Source of the DNA: Octopus vulgaris
Taxonomy: Eukaryota
Direction of reading: 5' to 3'
Assembly (NCBI GenBank): GCA_951406725.2
Contig: OX597825.1
Span: 9,052,001 to 9,116,000, forward strand
Length of the DNA stretch: 64,000 nucleotides
Shown: piece after piece, positions 1 through 12,173 of the stretch
How positions within the stretch are numbered: position 1 is the stretch's first letter
Layout of the letters: every line of letters starts with the position of its first letter
Notes under the pieces: model-generated
Databases searched by the model: none
Told to the model about the DNA's origin: nothing
What the model saw: the letters and a program-made list of their open reading frames with translations, nothing else
Program-made: the position numbers and the translations under genes

Positions 1-511
1 TCACGTTTCTTGCATATTCTTCCATCAGTCGCAGCCCATGTTGAACTTTCACTCTTTCCTAATTATTCCTCTATTAAACAGCTTCCAGGGTAAAATACAC
101 ATTGTTGTTTTATGAATTTTTATTGAATCTCATTTAATATGTGCTTTTTACTTTAAATATATCGAGATTCATCTTATATAAATTTCTTCTTCCCAGTAAT
201 TTACCTCTGTCCAGGTTTACCGCATTCGCGCGTTGAATTTTATCTTGGTTTCAAACACCACACTTTCTATGGAAACAAATTATATCCCCGACGTTGGGTT
301 AATTATGTCTGCTTAATCTAACACCAGTTGAAACAGGATCTAAGGCAAACATATGAAATTTATTATTTTAATTTAGATCGGCATAGCGAGGTTTTTTGTG
401 ATACTTCTAACCTCTCTTTATAATTTATGTTATTCGAATTCAAACGAATGCTAAAATATAGCTTCGAACTAAATCACATTGTAACCCTTAACCTTCACTT
501 GCCTCGTATAA

Positions 512-513
<2 letters not shown>

Positions 514-552
<39 letters not shown>

Positions 553-585
553 ACACGTAAATATATATATATATATTTGTATATG

Positions 586-644
<59 letters not shown>

Positions 645-660
645 TTTGTGTGTGTGTATG
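514..660. repeat. Compound microsatellite (CT)n-(TA)n-(GT)n
   Basis: Directly visible dinucleotide tracts; explains ORFs 427-690, 469-672 and 512-706. Confidence 0.95.
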
Positions 661-790
661 TATGTATATCAAAAAATAAATATACGATAAAACATATACC
701 GATCATTAAGTAATTATATATTGTGAAAGTTGATTTAGTATTACTAATTGAATTGTTGCCTGTAAGTTTGGAATAATATTCCCTAATATG

Positions 791-840
<50 letters not shown>
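791..840. repeat. (ATT)n microsatellite
   Basis: Directly visible. Confidence 0.95.
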
Positions 841-842
<2 letters not shown>

Positions 843-865
843 GTGTGTGTGTGTATGTGTGTTTA

Positions 866-1690
866 TTGGATCATCCGAGAAATAATGCGGTTTTTTCAAT
901 AGCTTGAACTAAGAGTCGGATGGGAACGTAATAAACTACCTGCATCGACTTACTATAAAACAGGTAGTAATTTTACCTTGTCTTTATTCTTAGTGCAAGA
1001 TTGAAGAGTGCAGTTCGGTTTTAATAGTTATTTTTTTTTAAGTCATAATAGAAGTAACAAAGGATCGTCTTTGGCATATTTTGGTTTATGAGTTCAATAA
1101 AGGCAGCAAGTACCGGAAATATTAATGAAGTATACGGGGATCAGGCAATAAGCGTAAGTCCGTGTCAACGGTGGTTCCAGAAATTCCGAGCCGGAAACTA
1201 CAGACTAGTAGATGTGCTTCGTCCTGAAAGATCTGTATAACTCGATGGGGTGTCCTGCAAACCCCGGTGGAAGTACGAGAGGAACTACCAGAGAAGCTTG
1301 GATTTTGGTCATTCAACCATTGATCGACACCTGCGAGCCTTCAGAAAATGAACGTTTAGTTTGAAGATGAAAGGTGTTCTTCCATTAAGCTAATGCCGGA
1401 CACATACAGCGAGGATGACATTCCAAAGGCTGGAGTAGTTTGAATGCGAAAATGATGCCCAATGCAGTATATTCGCCGGACATTGCTCCATCTGATTATC
1501 ATTTATTCGACAGTCTTCAAAATCATTTGAACGGAAAAAATATAAATTCTGTAGACGTGGTCAGAACAGTATTGGAGGAATATTTTTTGTTACAAAGAGG
1601 TGAATTTTGGAATGGGTGCCTTGCAAGCCTACCAGAAAGATGAAAGACCAGTGTAGAATATGAAAGGGAGTATATTTTAGATTTAAAAAA
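866..1690 (+). mobile_element. Decayed, internally deleted mariner DNA transposon
   Basis: TA followed by a TIR-like start TTGGATCATCCGAG. N-terminal remnant EVTKDRLWHILVYEFNKG at ~1050. C-terminal YSPDIAPSDYHLF...EFW...LPER in ORF 1440-1643 matches the mariner YSPDLAPSD motif. Stops and frameshifts present; right TIR not found. Confidence 0.9.
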
Positions 1691-2310
1691 AAACAACCAA
1701 TATATATCACAAGCACAAACACTCTCTTTGACACACACACACACACACATAAGTGCATATATATATACATATACACATGCACATGTTCATACACCATATT
1801 TCTTGTTTCTACTTTCATAAGGATCCCTTACCATCCAACGACTAGCATTAACACCTGCAAATTAATTATGAATATCTAGTTTTCAGTAATATGAACTTGC
1901 ATCAAAGCAATTTGTAATTAATGTTAACGTATTTAATATAATAATTCTAAAAATGTCAATCCAATATAATTAGGCAGCGTGGATGAGGCAACATTAGCTC
2001 AATGCTCGTCTCTGACTAAACACTTGAATTCCTGTGGCTTCTAGCTCTGATACTGTAGAGTAATAAGCAGTTTAGTTGGTGGGTATTCCATACCAGTACA
2101 CAGACTCTTCTCCCATTAGACTCTCCTCAACTTTCTTCGCCAACTCCCATATCACGGTAACTATCTCCAAAAATAAGTGCGCAGGGCTTACTCTACTCAA
2201 TATACTGCGGAACTTAATTACCAGTGTCTTTCTAGATGATTCCAAATGACTACGACTATGAGAGTACAACAGGAGAGAATACTACACTGTCTTGGTCGTC
2301 TTTATGGAGG

Positions 2311-2775
2311 TTTCTTGTACATTTAATATCCAGCGGTCTCCTGCACCTGGCAGGAAATTCTTGTTTTATAGGGATATCCGGACAATCAATTCCACGAACT
2401 AAAAGTCGGGGGAGGGCGGAATAAACTACCTGCATCAAAATGCAATAAAAGCAGATAGTACTTTTACCTTGTCCCCATTCTTAGTGCAAGTTTTGTAGAG
2501 TGCAGTTCGAGTTTAACCGTTATTTTTTGAAGTTACACTGGAAGTAACAAAGAATCATGTTTTTTAAATAACTGTTAAAATCGAACTGCATTCCAAAAAA
2601 CGTGCACTAAGAATACGGACATGGTAGGATTACTAGCTGATTTTATAGCAAGTTGATGCAGATAGTTTATCCCCTCCCTTTCCGTCACTTAGTTCATGCA
2701 ATTGATTGTCTAGATATCCCAACAAAATTATTCCGACAAGTGCAGGAGATTGCCGGATATTAAGTGCACAAGAAA
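2311..2775. repeat. Foldback (long imperfect inverted repeat) containing mariner 5'-region sequence
   Basis: Arm 2311-~2530 is the reverse complement of ~2560-2775 (TTTCTTGTACATTTAATATCC... vs ...GGATATTAAGTGCACAAGAAA). The inner arm resembles 905-1060. Confidence 0.85.
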
Positions 2776-3229
2776 TAGTAAGAGCACAATCGATCACCGA
2801 TGGGGTTAAAAAATAATATCCAGTGTTAATATGATGCTAATTAGGAAAATAAATGATTTAAAACAGTAGAGTAACCTAAATTTTCAATCTGATTGTTACA
2901 ACTATTAACTATAGATTTTTATATGTTACAATTTTGTTATAAACCTCGTTTATAATTCTGGAAGTTACTGTCAGCTCATAAATAAGTGAGTCTGAAATAT
3001 GCTAATATTATCTATGATGACAAAATATAATTTCACTGAAGTCACAAAATAATTTTGAATAAAAGAATAATTCACGATACCATTGAAAATGCTGTACCTT
3101 TACTCTGGGAAATGCAAATACGTTTATGTTGATGAAACAGATCGTTTTTCAAGCATAAAATATGTCTTTATGAGGATAAATCTAGCGGTGAGATTTCAAA
3201 CCTCATCGTAAAAAAGAAATTGTACGGAG

Positions 3230-3900
3230 TGAGAAACAACTGCCAGAATTGAATTGCTGTTTATTATCGATTATTTTGTCGAAAAGAGCATTCTTTTGCA
3301 AACGGCGTATTTTCTGAAGAAGATTTCCGGACAGAGATATTTCTTTAAAAATTGTCAAACAGAACAACAAACCTGTACATGCTATTCAAAGTGGAATAAA
3401 CTTTCTTGAAAAAATAGTGATAAAAGATATATATATAAGTCATTTAATGGATGAAAGTGCAGACATTCGAGTTACGCAACTTTTGGCTATCGTTGTGAGA
3501 GTCTTTGATTCGACGCATAATGCAGTATAAGCATTGTTAAGTACCAAAGCCGTCGAAAACGGAATCGGTTTTAGACTTTACAATGCTGTCACTTCTACCT
3601 CGACTGAATGAAAACAGTTTCAAGAATATTATTCTATTCGGAAGCGATATTTTTTTCAGGCAGACATCAAAAATGGGTTCCAAAAATTCTTGACAAGTGA
3701 GGTTTTTATTTTTTGCTTGTTGTATTATATGATGCAGCTGGTGTTTATTCATTCTTGTTGCTGGTCATGCTCTTAGCATAATTGCCATCATCTTTAGAGA
3801 ATCTGTTAAAAGATTTAACATCTCATTTCTGTCGCACTGGCAACAGACAATAAAAGTCCACATTATTTCAGAAAGTTTCGTGGAGCATGCCACGTGATAC
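3230..3900 (+). mobile_element. Highly decayed hAT-superfamily transposase remnant
   Basis: 3444-3530 translates LMDESADIRVTQLLAIVVRVFD, matching the hAT DE(S/T)xD...QLAIxVR motif. Weaker FGSD-like and LVAGHA-like (CxxH region) remnants lie downstream. Many stops; boundaries approximate. Confidence 0.65.
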
Positions 3901-4765
3901 CATTATTTGCTTAAAAGCGGCGTATTTCTTGATGTTTAAATTCTTGGTAGAAATTTGTATTTGAGTGAGAAAAAACATTCCCTCGCAGTAAAAGAATAAG
4001 TTATTGCTAAAATAAAGATTATTTAACTGTAGATAATAATCCCAGCACCTCTCGCCCGCCTGCTAATCAACTAGGAGTTCATATACTATATACCATCTTA
4101 TGTGAGAGAAGACAGTCTCAAAGATTGTGATGACTTTATCATTTTATTCTACTATAAACGCAGAGCCTGAAGTTTGTGAGGAGCGGGGTTAGGTATTCAA
4201 ATAAAAACTAATTGAGTTCTGGTTCTTGTTTTGTCGACTCCGAAAAGACCAAATGCAAAGTGGAACTCGCTTCTTTCTCCAGAACGCAAACAATTCTAAC
4301 AGCTTGCCGCCTTAGAGTTCTTGATTAATTAAGTTATCGTTTTACAATACAGAAATTTCCTATCGCTGTAGAAATATTCTTGGAACGTGAATATTTTTAC
4401 AGTTTAAAGACCCCAAAACACATCTTATAATTCAAAATAGGATTGGTTAAACTATTTTATAAATAGTTTTTTTCTCTAAAACTCTATGTCTGCGCAAAAA
4501 AATAATAGATGATTAAAAAGGGTGAAGATCTAAAAGATATATGAATTGCAAGCAGTCAGCTACATGTAATTCCATGAAATGTCCTATGTGGAGACCCATG
4601 ATGTGGGATAAGGTGCAATATGCAAAAGATACTTGAAATGAATAATGACAGAAATTTAAAAAATCATTTTAGTAAATGATTTTAGTAAATCAGTTTTAGA
4701 AGTTTTGAAGTCATCTAGAAAGGCTAGATATTATATAGATTGCGACATATGTAAATAAACAAGTA

Positions 4766-5381
4766 GGAGGCGCAATGGTCGAGTGGTTAGGGCAGCAGAC
4801 TCGCGGTCGTAGGATCGCAGTTTCGATTCCCAGACCGGACTTTGTGAGTGTTTATTGAGCGAAAACACCTAAAGCTCCACGAGGCTCTGGCAGGGGATGG
4901 TGGTGATCCCTGCTGTACTCTTTCACCACAACTTTCTCTCACTCTCACTTCCTGTTTCTGTTGTACCTGTATTTCAAGGGGCCGGCCTTGTCACTCTCTG
5001 TGTCACGCTGAATATCCCCGAGAACTACGTTAAGGGTACACGTGTCTGTGGAGTGCTCAGCCACTTACACGTTAATTTCACGAGCAGGCTGTTCCGTTGA
5101 TTCGGATCAACCGGAACCCTCGTCGTCGTAACCGACGGAGTGCTTCCTTCCACTCTTTCACCACAATTTTCTCTCACTCTTACTTCCTGCTTCTGTTGTA
5201 CCTGTATTTCAAAGGGCCGGCCTTGTCACTCTCTGTGTCACGCTGGATATCCCCGAGAACTACGTTCAGGGTACATGTGTCTGTGGAGTGCTCAGCCACT
5301 TACACGTTAATTTCACGAGCAGGCTGTTCCGTTGATCGGATCAACCGGAACCCTCGTCGTCGTAACCGACGGAGTGCTTCC
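4766..5381 (+). mobile_element. tRNA-derived SINE, family A, tail type 1, with 3' ~235 bp tandemly duplicated
   Basis: A-box (TGGTCGAGTGG) and B-box (GTTTCGATTCC) head; near-identical to 61321-61703. 5147-5381 repeats the 3' part. TSD-like AAA(T/C)AAACAAGT on both sides. Confidence 0.9.
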
Positions 5382-5410
5382 AAACAAACAAGTGTTTTTC
5401 ATTTTTTTTT

Positions 5411-5810
5411 GTGCTATCAGTATTTACGCATTAAAAAAGATATATTTCTATTTGTTCTACAACATATTTCAGCGATTTAAAAAATATTTTTGTCTGTTTA
5501 CATATGACCTAATCTATACGACATTTAACGTCTCGGGATAAAATTATAACTTCTAAAATTGTAGAAGAACGTGTCGGTCGGCTGTGTAGCTTAAGGGTAG
5601 AACACTCTGACTGGATATCAGGGGATTGTGATTTCCATCCACATGGTTGGCTGGTTGGCTGGTTGGTGACAAATTTGCTACTTTCAAATGATTTTATCAT
5701 ATGTATGCTGTTCTATCAGTATTTACGCGTTGAAAAAATATATATTTCTACTACTATACGTTTTAACGCTCCCCAAAAAATTGTTTGTTTACATATGACG
5801 AGGTAATCTA
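5411..5810 (+). repeat. Diverged ~100-bp direct repeat (5411-5517 vs 5710-5810)
   Basis: Both copies read CTATCAGTATTTACGC...TATATTTCTA...TGTTTACATATGAC...TAATCTA. Confidence 0.7.
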
Positions 5811-5919
5811 TATGTATATTATTGCTATTTTATATATATATATATATATTAAACATAGTATATGCACATATATATATATACACATTTTGTTAACATATAT
5901 AGATATGTAAGTATATATA

Positions 5920-5954
<35 letters not shown>

Positions 5955-6348
5955 CCGTACATACACATACATACATGCATACATACATATATACATTCAT
6001 ACAATCACTTGACGGGGTGAGAACGCTAAGCATGTTGTGTATAAATGCTATATCATTACCAGCTAAAATAGAAAGAACCGTGATTGGCCCTACCAGTACA
6101 ATGACTAGAATACCATAAGAGATAATCGTTCTTATCAGCTCGCAGCGCCCCCGTCCAGGTTTTGTGACTGAAAAGGAGATAACAAATCCGAAATGTTGGC
6201 ATGTCAATGTTTGAATAGATAGCACTGCGAGCTGATTTAGGTATATTTACACCATTTGTCTACATTGAGAACTTTTAGCAACAAGAGTCATAACGTGACG
6301 ATGACTCTTTTCACGAATTTTGATTAAATTTGAGGTTTCATGACAAAT

Positions 6349-6744
6349 TCTTATATATAAAAGAGAGGTTGTGTGCTGTCTGTCTCCTACGATTTAGATT
6401 CCTAACTACTCCCACATTTTGCGGTGCAGTTTAACCAAAACCGGGTATCTTATAGTCGTGATTCATATCGAGCCCTTCTGGGTATTAGCGCGCGTCTACG
6501 ATGAGTCTACGATTTTAATAAACATTTACCATCAATTTTTCTCATTTTTAATGCATTTTTGGCATATATAAGGGACGTAACTCTCTATAAATTTATTATT
6601 AAATCTCAGGACGTAAAAAGCTACAGTAACCCCCCCCCCTTTGTGGTTAGCCATATTGAGATGGCTATTATACTTTATATCTCTAAAAATGCTTATATAG
6701 TTATTTCCCTTACAAACCCAAGCAACGCCGGGCGATACTGCTAG
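6349..6744 (+). mobile_element. Non-autonomous Helitron-like element (~400 bp)
   Basis: 5' TC(TTATATATAAAAG) start; 3' subterminal GC-rich hairpin CCCAAGCAACGCCGGG followed by CTAG|T, the typical Helitron 3' end. No TSD. Confidence 0.75.
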
Positions 6745-9078
6745 TATATTATATGTGGTTTGCAGTTTATACGGGAATATGTATCCTGCCTTCATGTGCG
6801 GGGCTCAACCTGAGATTAGAGTGTAGCGGAGCTTAATTTTACAATTTTCACACACACACCCAATGTGTGTGTGTGCGAGTGCTTGCGTATGTGTCTGTGT
6901 GTTTTACGTGTGTACGTGATGTATGTATATATTTGACTACGAAAATTTCGAAACTAAACCCCCTCTTTGAACGACTCGTTTTCAAATATTTGTTTTTATT
7001 AATGTATAGAAGAGAAATTCTGTAAATCATTGGCCTTTTAATAAACCTCTAGCTATGGATATCATATCACATTCAGCAATTGTGATATAATATTAAAATC
7101 AAATATTTACAGCAAAGTTCCTGACCGCCCTGACTATTATTCAATCAATTCCACCGCAAATAGATATGGAACACATTTTCTTCAATGTCATGTATCTCAT
7201 TTCAAATTTTGATTCGTTTGTAATTACACTATGCCGGAAGTTTGAGATATAAAATATTTGGATAGATTGTCCTTCTAAATATTTCATAATTTAATTTAAT
7301 TGGGATTTTCCCAATAACTTCCTGTAGTCCGCATTTTCTATAATCTCTGTTGAAGTGAGGAGCCCTCAAGAGCCAACAGCACAGTGCCAATATTCTTACG
7401 TCGATATATGATGATTTATTGCGATTATTGCGTTTACATTTATCGATATGATTGTTCTTCAGTTATCTTGTTCCAGCAACATAAACAGTTTGGCATACGA
7501 AACTCCTAAACACGAGACATTAATCTTCACTTATCATCACCTTTTCTATGGTCACATTTAAAATAATAAATTTTCATTGTCAGCAAGAACCAATAGCATC
7601 CCCTCTCAAATAGTATATACCTTGCCACATCCGTTTTAATAAGGATTTTAACCACACCAACTACTCAAAATCTAATCAAATATCCTTCAGGTCTCATAGG
7701 GCTGTAAGGGAGAAATGATCAGTGCTAAAAGTTTCTTTGTCATATACAAGCATATGAGCAGATCTATTTCCATCTGTCACTTTATTTATATATTTGTTCT
7801 AATTTGCGATGTACCTTTGATAACTGCACATTCTCAGGTAGGTATTGATTTGTGCAAGAGCAAACGCATTTGGCTTCGTCCGATATATATTTGCACTTTA
7901 ATTTAGGTGTACATATTTTGAGACAGCTGTTTATATTTAGATAGGTAAATATATCATCATTAATTACCAAACCATTCTATTTTAGTTTATTTCAAAATAT
8001 TTACGTCAACTGAGCTAAAGAACATACGCTTTTGTTGTATATGCTATTCCTGTTAATCTATTATTAAATTTGCGCTGACTCTTTTACTGCTTATGTTATT
8101 CATATTACCATGTTTTATGTATCACAACGACTATTATTAAGCAAACCGCTTTGGCAGCTGGTGTTTCTGCTATAGGACTGTTGTTGTTGTCGCAAACACT
8201 GCTGCCATGCGTAATTTTAGCCATACAATAGCATGTTACAACACTGAGTATTTAATGTACGTTCGTTATTGTTATCTAATTTTGGGTTCTAGACCAATCC
8301 TAATCGTAAAACAAATGATAAAAATAATCAGAACGATAACCAAAGTATAAATATATATAAAAGTATAAAGTATAAATACATTTAATGATATGTTCTTCAG
8401 TTTTTCTAAGCCCTGTAAAAAACCTTGGAAACATTGGCCGCCAACCAGGCCTTTCGCGACATCATGTAAACCAGGAAATTTTCAGCAGTTCACTCGTATG
8501 TAAACAAAAGAGCGCTATGTGAGTCAATCCGCAAGAGATAAATAAATATTAAAAGTGATGAATGTACAAAAAAACAAAAGAAAAAATACTGAGTTGATAA
8601 CGAGATGTTTTTGATAATCTAAAGTTATATTTGAAAGTGTAATATAAACCGTTAGATTTATTAGTATACTTATTACGATACAAGTTAAGGATTAGTGATC
8701 TTTGTGAAGTGTGATAAGAGGAATTATAAATTGCCTTTTATTATTAAGATGAAAGTGATGAGATGAATATTTGGGAAGGCGGAGCTAAAGGAGACTATAG
8801 TTCAAAAATTATATCTATATATTATCACGCTGTTTCAAATATATTTGTAAAAATATGAGAAGTAATTATATGAAGTATGAAGATGAAATCAAAGCCCATT
8901 TAATTCGGCTAATTCGATGCTACATCTATGTAGGCAGACATATGTACGAGCTAACATATAATTTGTGTTGAAAATTATTTGGGACTTTGAATTATCTAAA
9001 AAAACAAACTGGCTGTACAGCAATAAAAAAAGACGAAGTATGTGATTTTCAGTCGCCTAAACCTTGGAGTTCTTCATT

Positions 9079-9450
9079 GGTGCAGACATGGCTGTGTGGT
9101 AAGAAGCTTGCTTCGCAACCACATGGTTCCTGGTTCAGTCCTACTGCATCGCACCTTGGGAAGCAAGTATTTTTTTTTTATAACCATGGGTCGACAATGC
9201 TTTGTGAGTAGGTTTCGTAGGCGGAAACTGAAAGAAGCCCGTCGTATATATGTATGTATGTCTGTGTTTGTTACCCCATCGCATTTTGACAACCGATGTT
9301 GGTGTGTTTCTGTCCCGGTAACTTAGCGCTTCAGCAGAATATATCGCAAGTAAAGTACTGTGGTCCATAGATTCGACAAAAAAGTTCTTCAAGGCGGTGC
9401 CCCAGCATGACCGCAGTCTAATGTCTAAAACAATTAAAAGGTAAAAGATA
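9079..9450 (+). mobile_element. tRNA-derived CORE-like SINE, family C (diverged copy)
   Basis: TGGCTGTGTGG A-box, GGTTCAGTCC B-box, CACCTTGGGAAG CORE-like block, internal (TA)/(TG) tract and 3' tail GGCGGTGCCCCAGCATG; homologous to 41866-42276. Confidence 0.85.
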
Positions 9451-9769
9451 AGGTATGATTTAGAAATTGATAATATAATATACAAGGTTTACAGCTAATA
9501 ATGTGAAATTAGTTACTGAAACGTCACGCCCTCCCTTATAAACAGACGGTATTGCGAGAGAATGTTGCACAACTGCTCCGTATTTATTTTCTTCTGCTTA
9601 GCTACAAGTTTACTACACGTGAAAAATCTAAACAAGGCCTCCTAGACAAGGTAATTTCTGTCTTATTTTTTTTCCAGCGTTGGGTATCCATTATTAAAAT
9701 ATTTAAAGCGTACGTACACTTTTTAATATGGTGGTGTATATTTGAAATTTGACAGCTGTTACTATATTT

Positions 9770-10300
9770 TCCACAGATAATCCAGTGGCGGTCGCGTTGA
9801 TTAGTTCAGTCGCGGCTGAGATTAGACATCTATTCCACACCAGATCCAAATGTGATATACCGTAAAGTATTTATGGTATATAACTTATATTCTTTTAACC
9901 GTCCTTTTAATTTATTTCTCTTTCTTTTTATGGTTATTTATTTTTCTAAATTCGTTCATTATATTTGCCTGATTCGTCCTTCAAAAGGTATTTCACCATT
10001 AGAAACCATCTTTCCAGGAAACATAGCTAATGCGATAACTGGACTAATATACTGTTTAAAATGCCAGATTCCGTGCATGTGGAAAATCTTGTTGATGTCG
10101 GCTAGCTAATGGTGTTATGATATATTCCCGCAGATGCATGGAAGTGTTTATTCTCCGGATAATTTTATTTGTATAATTTGCAACTTTGAATATACTGTTT
10201 AGCTTCTCACGTAGACCATCAATATGCTATTAAATCGTTGTCCTGATTCTGGGAATCGTGTCAAAGAAGGCATGCTAACCATTTTATATATTTCTGAGCA
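9770..10300 (-). mobile_element. Possible Gypsy LTR-retrotransposon integrase remnant
   Basis: Frameshifted minus-strand remnants in the correct order: HDxPxSG-like, xWxxxEAKQYIQSC (HHCC zinc-finger region) and LRY...ATGLS near the integrase C-terminus. Very decayed. Confidence 0.4.
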
Positions 10301-10554
10301 CTGCATTGAAAAGTAATTTATTGCTTTCCATGTACGTTCCACAGATCTTCTGGCAAATCAACTATAAACCTAATACTGTCGGATCCATGATATTTTATTT
10401 TGTTCTGTATGTTGCTCTAATACGTTAACGTTCATTTTGCGTGTGCATTTTACCGAAATGTACCTGTCGGCAATGCGTATAGATTTATAGACGTACACAC
10501 TCACGCACACGAACACACATACGTACACCTGATATATATATATATGTATGTATA

Positions 10555-10626
<72 letters not shown>

Positions 10627-10630
<4 letters not shown>

Positions 10631-10849
10631 CACGTAAAACACACAAACACACACATATATATGTAGGCGATGGTGATACTGCGTGGTAAGAAATGTGTTT
10701 TCCAATTACGTGGTTCCATGTTCAAGCCCATTGCATGGCACTTCGGACAGGTGTTTTCATGGGACCACGTAATTGGAAGGCACAATTCTTACCATACAGT
10801 ATCACCATCGCCTATACATATATATGTGTGTTTCTGTTTTACGTGTATA
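10627..10849. repeat. Hairpin with ~92-bp arms built from a diverged family-C-like SINE head plus flank
   Basis: 10627-10720 is the reverse complement of 10758-10849 (TAGGCGATGGTGATACTG / CAGTATCACCATCGCCTA). Confidence 0.85.
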
Positions 10850-10876
10850 TACATACATATATATACACATATATAT

Positions 10877-10937
<61 letters not shown>

Positions 10938-10939
<2 letters not shown>

Positions 10940-11512
10940 CAATTAAGGACAACTACTTAATAAGGAAAACTTAACAAGAAATTGTCAGGTAGATAGCGTA
11001 AGTACCTCATAAGAGAAAAAATTTCGCAAATAATTATTTCTTATTGAACATATTAATTTATATATAGAGGGCATTATATACATGCCAGGAGGCATTATAC
11101 ATACATGCCAAACGCTTGTTAAGTTTTCCTTATTAAGTAGTTGTCCTTATTTGCTAAATTTTTATTCCGAAAAAACTTTTCCTCTCCCGAAATGCAATTC
11201 GTAAAAGTTTGCCATTTGACAGGATGTAATATATGTAAACTCACCCATGTGCTTCGTTGAATGTTGAACAGTTAGCTGATCGACTTAAGCGGGGCAGGGT
11301 CGTTGTTTATTTATAATGCATTCAGGCCTGCTGATGAGTACGTAAGTATGAAATCACTGTGATACAGGTCTATATATTTTTTAAATGTCTTACTTTGAAA
11401 AATTGCATTCGGTGGGATTAGTAATATTTTTGGTAGAAATGACTAATTGTCCCTCTTAGCGTTTGGCATGTATGTATAATGCCTCCTGGCATGTATATAA
11501 TGCCCTCTATAT

Positions 11513-11520
<8 letters not shown>
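10938..11520 (+). mobile_element. Hammerhead-containing retroelement (retrozyme or Penelope pLTR-like) with an inverted segment, inserted in (TA)n
   Basis: 10938-10978 is the reverse complement of 11115-11155 (40/41). 11054-11116 is the reverse complement of 11458-11520 (63/63). Contains the hammerhead at 11324-11371; both ends abut (TA)n. Confidence 0.7.
11324..11371 (+). ncRNA. Type I hammerhead ribozyme (minimal form)
   Basis: Stem I AGGCCUG/CAGGUCU (7 bp); core CUGAUGA (11331-37); stem II GUAC-GUAA-GUAU; GAAA (11350-53); near-palindromic stem III AUCAC-U-GUGAU; cleavage triplet AUA ending at 11364. Confidence 0.85.
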
Positions 11521-11564
<44 letters not shown>

Positions 11565-11859
11565 TATATATATATATGTATATATATCAGGTTTATGTGT
11601 GTGTTTGTGTGCGTGCGTGTGTGCGTCTATAAATCTATACGCATTGGTACATTTCGGTAAAAACGCACACAAAATGAACGCTAACATATTTGAGCAATAT
11701 ACAGAACAAAATAAAATATCATGCATCCGACAGTATTAGATTTATAGTTGATTTGCTAGAAGATATGTGTCAGTGGATTTCGTAGACTTGTAGGCATAAA
11801 TGTATGAGTGGCTGTCTCTTTCTGCCTGTGTTTTAGCCACAACCACCACCCCATAACCG

Positions 11860-12005
11860 ATGTTGGGTGTATTTAAATCCCCACTTAACGAGAGAATACG
11901 TATCAAGCTTTAAAAAAAACAAGTACTGGAGTCGATTCATTGAACTAAAAATTCTTCAAGGCTACAGCTTAATGATTGAAGAAAGTAAAACAGACGAAAG
12001 ATAAG
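11860..12005 (+). mobile_element. SINE family C 3' fragment (diverged)
   Basis: AACCGATGTTGGGTG...AAGTACTGGAGTCGATT...AATTCTTCAAGG resembles the family C tail. Confidence 0.6.
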
Positions 12006-12173
12006 AGACAAATGTGTGTGTGTGTGTGTGTATGTGTGTGTATGTCTGGGTTTCTGTCTATATAATAGATAGAGATATATGAAAGCATATCCATTTATAT
12101 ATACACACAAACACAGACACACGTGCATGTATGTGTGTGGTATGTGTGTGTATATAATCTTTTCTGTTTTAAT

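Larger units (their letters stand above)
10340..11769. repeat. Outer ~195-bp inverted repeat (10340-~10535 / ~11575-11769) enclosing further inverted repeats
   Basis: CACAGATCTTCTGGCAAATCAACTATAAACCTAATACTGTCGGAT... pairs with ...ATCCGACAGTATTAGATTTATAGTTGATTTGCTAGAAGATATGTG. Confidence 0.9.

Noticed and set aside
4766-4835. tRNA-like sequences at the heads of families A-D
   Set aside because: They continue into repeated SINE bodies and lack a complete acceptor stem; they are not tRNA genes.
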